Virus record (IMG/VR): IMGVR_UViG_3300009082_000016
Coordinates: 1-64,000 of that record
From: a virus
Length of the DNA stretch: 64,000 bases
Reading direction: 5' to 3' (one strand)
Shown here in pieces: positions 62,701 through 64,000 of the stretch; the first letter of the stretch is position 1, and each line of letters begins with the position of its first letter. The notes under the pieces were generated by a model that was not told the origin of the DNA, searched no databases, and saw only the letters and a program-made list of their open reading frames with translations. The translations under genes were made by a program, and so were the position numbers.

Positions 62701-63022
62701 TCTGGGCCGCCGGCAGGGAGGTGAGGTCGAACGGGAAGCCGCCGACGCTGAAATGGACTTCGGCGCTGCCCGGATCGCAGTTGAGATCGACCGTCGTCCC
62801 ATCCACGCGGATGGTCTCCGGCTCGATGACGAACGGCCCGGGGAAGCCGGCCTGCGGGTAGTGGATCAGGTGCGGATCGCCCTCGGGCACCTGGATCATG
62901 CGCCAGTCGTACTGGATGCTGCCGGACGGGGTTGTGCTACGCGTCCCGTCCAGCCCCAGCACGAACCCGTTGGGGGCGACCCGGTCGGGACCGGCGATGG
63001 CTCGCAGGGCGCCGATGCCCAT
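59717..63022 (-). CDS. Large baseplate wedge-like protein with PKD-like segments
   Basis: LDGTRS...YDWRM and PSFVPAVQGVYAVRLYVYD (split PKD-like); YQRALLGLWY..HGS wedge-like motif; GGAGG SD. Confidence 0.6.
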   Translation of the reverse strand: MGIGALRAIAGPDRVAPNGFVLGLDGTRSTTPSGSIQYDWRMIQVPEGDPHLIHYPQAGFPGPFVIEPETIRVDGTTVDLNCDPGSAEVHFSVGGFPFDLTSLPAAQRPVVGDHLIISAGPNAGLYYVTSTPFGAGFDRLEVDRPLAALETTVAYAVCAADSHRVTMNYDPAATSLGDVLLIGGRATKIVGLPGPTTIDVEDAVPFAGESFDYAMVIRSAILINATSPYPSFVPAVQGVYAVRLYVYDSAVVPPTRSDADVSIISVLAANTATGLPVDASWLWRSIADFWTTVSDKTWMETSWRTFIRAFGAMIQEAWNVQLSYSLGNCQDVMMSRWIGYEPLLEETNPDTALLNRRFVPVYSEELPVAGNVSILITVFDVPEGMSLPLTLNVTTLPDSFNAAMDAAGIAGVKARVEMFNGTRHLSIRSDNYVIEVAGIFGPGRRNHLEGQALRIDEHTLYLVTAPVTPMDFYKTNYDADLTLKKGDIINLGGTNFTIAAANMTDAGGVSYPFTYVSTEEEIPDLGIGYSYPFVVPSYFESSEVDYRDELVVPGDLVFVEVTDSAGVRTEGSETVMGAGFYRLGVTSPYFFCKDRTVLLKSVLRLFYVPIDSTHLSVPVLKEDAEARKGWKEYEHYVVSDRWGQRALVFDFNSELQDAGYPSVTRAFAPAVTDKPYPAARMWAEIVYVDQRPDLSARFGTGLGLELEDSPTRTGFSYQRALLGLWYCYIHGSKPGFIERGMSIICGAPFFEEDGVIIDARVLSAEKGYLVVRDLKHPEIVRGYVYPFSVGLDINPATGKEYAVGDTVRWFDTVSNAAIYQDYIRDPDFIRGLIAAGIITEPEKIHHFWLAVDADIIESGSSAAVRAAYEWLIGFRTTYNYPFFALLKNLMDDVLIHDHMTLKVIMHFVAYPGARWGAPMFDRHQLSGRMVPWGMFFTPALPPETGVHNYFDTVLDGREHYAAVRVDAGPPAIAKIEIHHVQPDGTIGDLVDPLRYGIIPGALFCLVGATPDPITVVTATDITLTLPAPLPTDNTYLFTISCEPISGKSNWAGFDDMVFYLRDYVHIFLRDMSGGAPGVLVDELIEPPPAGYPGPEPTSEVP

Positions 63023-63070
63023 CAGGCAGCCTCCTTGCAACGCCCCGCGGAATGCTGGAGACTGATCGGC

Positions 63071-63355
63071 ATGGGCGTCGAGTTCATGAAGGAAGAGGAC
63101 ATCAAGGCGATCCTGGCGCCGGAAGTGGACATGCTCGTCCCCCGGATGAACATGGGACCGAAGCTCTGCCCCGGCTGCGGCTGCGCCCTCTCCATCCAGG
63201 CGGGCACGAGCAGCATCACCCGACTCGTTTGCCTGGCATGCGACCTCGCGCTCGACCCGGAGACCGGTTTCATCTCCCGCCTCGGGAACGCGGCACGCAC
63301 GGTGGAGCCGGAGTTCCGCATGATCGTCAAGCCTACCCGAGTCTCCGGAGAGTGA
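63071..63355 (+). CDS. Small Zn-ribbon protein, antisense to the baseplate operon
   Basis: CPGC...CLAC; possible TTGCAA-N17-GAGACT promoter 7 nt upstream. Confidence 0.65.
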   Translation: MGVEFMKEEDIKAILAPEVDMLVPRMNMGPKLCPGCGCALSIQAGTSSITRLVCLACDLALDPETGFISRLGNAARTVEPEFRMIVKPTRVSGE

Positions 63356-64000
63356 GCCGCCCGACCGAGAACGCCGCCAACCGCGACACGCTCACGCGGT
63401 CCTTCGCCACCACCAGGTTGTACGTCCTGTCCTGGCGCAGGAACGCCGCGCCGATCTCGATCGGAAGCTCGACCGACGTCGCCCCGAGTTGCTGCATCCG
63501 ATAGATGATCTCGCTCACGTCGAGCGTGTCCATCTGGGCCTCGATGAGCTTGTCGATCTCCTTCCGCATCTCGGTTTCGGCCAGACCACCGGAGTACTCG
63601 ACGGTGAGGAAGACCTCGCACGGACGCATGCAGCGGGCCAGGATGGACTCGTTGTTCTCCCGCTCATCCTCGCTGTCCGCCAACGTCTGCACCGCCGCCA
63701 CCGTCGGATCGCGATCGTAGTTGAGCCGCAGCCCGGAACCGTAGACGGGCGTCTGATCGACGTAGCCGTCCGACACCGACGGGTCCTGGATGTAGGGCGT
63801 GGCGCTGAAGATGGGGGTCTCGCGCACGCTGAACGACAGGACTTCGTTGACCGGCCGGATGCTGTAGCCCAGCGCCTTCCAACCCGTCAACTCTTCGAAC
63901 GTCACGTCAGGACCGAGGTTCCACTCGTCGCCCGTGCCGAGCGACATGAGCTCCACGTCGGCGTAGTACAGGCCGCTGTCATGGATGCTCTCGGAGATCT
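63333..64000 (-). CDS. Baseplate J-like protein, C-terminal part (partial)
   Basis: Open to the window end; YDRDPTVAAVQ..SEDERE..ILAR..P, LDVSEII...LGA. Confidence 0.55.
   Translation of the reverse strand, partial: ISESIHDSGLYYADVELMSLGTGDEWNLGPDVTFEELTGWKALGYSIRPVNEVLSFSVRETPIFSATPYIQDPSVSDGYVDQTPVYGSGLRLNYDRDPTVAAVQTLADSEDERENNESILARCMRPCEVFLTVEYSGGLAETEMRKEIDKLIEAQMDTLDVSEIIYRMQQLGATSVELPIEIGAAFLRQDRTYNLVVAKDRVSVSRLAAFSVGRLTLRRLG

Noticed and set aside
55712-64000. Extracellular contractile injection system or tailocin
   Set aside because: Portal, terminase, prohead protease and a full replication module in the same window indicate a genuine phage

Overview
This is a 64-kb, GC-rich segment of a large tailed (probably contractile-tail) dsDNA phage, not a bacterial chromosome. 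Layout: (1) 1-26153, minus strand: head/packaging genes (prohead protease, GpA-type terminase, portal, spike-like protein) with a 2053-aa single-chain bacterial-type RNA polymerase (beta and beta' fused) embedded among them. (2) 26234-46187, plus strand: replication/recombination genes (intein-containing SF2 helicase, HNH, UDG, primase, putative SSB, intein-containing PolA, RecA, Cas4-like nuclease, methyltransferase, Gp88-like protein, RNase H, RusA, lytic transglycosylase). (3) 46205-55703: Gly-rich proteins plus a sigma70-family factor. (4) 55712-64000: tail/baseplate genes. The strongest candidate for a new system is a virion-delivered transcription machine. The fused RNAP has no cysteine, has lost both beta' Zn sites and has a degenerate rifampicin pocket, and the sigma factor is also Cys-free. 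Both sit among many Cys-poor proteins that carry a recurrent K-x-A motif (probable maturation-protease or packaging signal). Both are expressed from host-type TTGACA-N18-TAnnnT promoters, several of them leaderless, while a different motif (GTCATAAG) points toward the plus-strand genes. A likely programmed -1 frameshift (C_CCT_TTC) fuses a 995-aa cargo protein to a pyrophosphatase-like domain. All assignments come from reading motifs by eye; no database searches were run.
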